NCBI GenBank assembly: GCA_035084275.1
Contig: CM068748.1
Span: 11,966,001-12,030,000 of the forward strand
From: Hydrolagus colliei
Lineage: Eukaryota
Direction: 5' to 3'
DNA length: 64,000 nucleotides
In this document: one piece after another, positions 61,857 to 64,000 of the stretch
How the letters are laid out: each line of letters begins with the position of its first letter
Numbering within the stretch: position 1 is the stretch's first letter
Notes under the pieces: generated by a model
The model's input: the letters and a program-made list of their open reading frames with translations, nothing else
The model's database searches: none
What the model was told of the DNA's origin: nothing
Made by a program: the position numbers and the translations under genes

Positions 61857-64000
61857 AACCAGGACTAAGGTGTTGAACACTTTATTAGAGTAGGAACCAA
61901 GAACTGGCTACTGAGTGATCTTGATAGTCGGAAACCTTAGGTTAGGCATTATTGCAGGCTTATGTTTTGATTTGCAGACTTGGATTCAACCAGAATTCTT
62001 CAAAATGTGGAAATTTAGTGAAAACACAAACAGCACATATGGCATATAACATTCAAACGTTTCAAATTTGTGAGCATTTATAAAATGCACAATTCTCATA
62101 GACTTCTTTTTTTCTTATATGATACAATGAAATGCAACAGATATCAAGATTGAAAGAAATCTTGGGCGTGAGCATCTTTTCCAAGCAAGATTGCTTTTCT
62201 ATTTATGCAGGATGCACTCGAATGGAATGGAAACGATACACCAATATATAATTATATGTTTATTTCAAATAAAGCAATGATTTATAATACATTTATACAT
62301 GTTGTAGGTTGTCTTTCTCTCAGATGGAAAATGAACTGACAGCGAGGGTATAAACTAGCTTTTGTAAGAATTGGTGAAGGCATCAATTTGGCGAGATTCT
62401 GTCACCAACACCCTCCTTAAAACTGTGCAGAATAATGACTACAAACATGTAGAACTGCAATAATGGAGTAATACTGCAGGTACAGTACTAACTTATGTGA
62501 GAAGCCCTAAAATCTTGGAGGTGGGGGGGGGGGGGGAGTTTGCATTCATGCTTTGGAGAATGGAGTGCCACTGACAATGCATAAAGCTCCTTAATTGGTA
62601 CCCGCTCCTAATCAAACTCTGATAAGCAAAACATTCCATTAATCTGCTCACCCGTATCAAGCAAACCATTTAAAAAATGTATAAGATGGACTTTTTCAAA
62701 ATACATTGCCATTAATAGGCTTCTGCTGTACTCCCATTTCAAGAAGTAATGCAACACTGTAAGGGCTTGCCACCATGGGGCTGAGCAGTAGCGTTGAGCA
62801 AACTGAAACCCCCCCAAAAGTTTGAGTTTAGGAACGGGAAAAGGTGCAATACTATTTCTAGAGAAATCTGCCTGGTCCATGTAGAAGCACAGCAAAGAAA
62901 AACAATACAATACTGCTACTTAGAATGCCTCCATTCTTTCAGCAGTTTGAAAGAACACCACCATTCTGACAAGTGACTAAAGCCTTCAGATGCACAACCA
63001 AAATAGTAACTATAGTACTTAGTGTTGACTGACCACAACTCACTCTTTTTGACTGACTACTGTAAAAGTTTTTTCTAATCAATAATAATGCTACTCAATT
63101 CAACTTTTGTGAATCAGTGATAAGCAAATCTTACAAAGTGAACAGAAAGAATATGAATTCCAAATACATTTGTTCTATTGTATTAGCTACCATTAATAGG
63201 AAAAAGGGAGAATATTTGCTGCCTGTTATCAATCTGTAGAACATATGGCGTCATCTGTAATAATGTTACAATCAAATCACACAACAAAGAAAGCTAAAAG
63301 CAACAGTATGGATCAAAAACACTTTCATTACAATTAAGTGTGCAAGAAATTATGCAGTTGAAATATTTACTAATATTTCAGTCGCTGAGAAGTAAATACA
63401 AATTCTGGGTCAAATTTGTTATTCACTGAATAGCTCTTGATTTTGCCACCCACCTGTGTTTATAAACTGGAAATTTTCTCTGCTCTTTACAATCACTCAT
63501 GAAGTTTTAAACAACTACTTCATCATACTCAATCCACCTGGGTCTTGGTTTTCTACATTTTTTTTTAACTCTCAAAATTATGAAGGTTTAAAAACCCAGG
63601 CCATCAGTTAGTTATAAGACACAATAATTTGTTTTTAAAAAATATTGTGGTGAATTTTTAACTTTACAGTTAATTAAAATCATACAAAATCAGACTGGCA
63701 GGTTTGAAAGGATACAATATTCGCATTAATATCGAAAGGTCTTTGAATATCCACCTTTGGTGTAACAATTAACCTGCACCACGCACTGATACAATAGCTA
63801 TAATCACTGGAGAATCGACAGCAAGATAACTGGATATTGAGCTAAGATATTGTGTACTTGTATTTATAAATCAGACAGCATTTTCACCAACCCAGACGGG
63901 TGAAAGGTACATATTTTGTAGTGAACTGTATCGCAACCCAGAATACATTAAGAATAGCTTCAATCACAAACATTAATTGGCAAAGAAATAAAACAGATGT

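Overview
Vertebrate genomic DNA, not prokaryotic. The repeat content (CR1, L2, tRNA/L2-tail SINEs, Deu-domain and LF-SINE-like relics) points to a cartilaginous fish, probably a chimaera; this is inference. Three protein-coding genes can be assembled from splice sites and family motifs. (1) SPOCK2/testican-2 on + (5178-29176; first coding exon lies upstream of the window), including a 9-nt EVE microexon that the ORF track misses. (2) DDIT4/REDD1 on + (52117-53412), just after a 200-N gap, with a frameshift that detaches its conserved C-terminus. (3) Complete TYSND1 on - (60890-55886, 4 exons, 586 aa, ending SKL). Most of the rest is intron or intergenic DNA full of retroelement fragments, and most listed short ORFs are spurious. 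I found no clearly new multi-gene system. The best leads are the microexon with its upstream repeat array and splicing motifs, a C/EBP-ATF plus HIF motif cluster upstream of DDIT4, the DDIT4 frameshifts, a foldback element with a decayed hammerhead-ribozyme core, template-switch scars and an unassigned structured island near 43 kb. Homology statements rest on recalled sequences, not on database searches.
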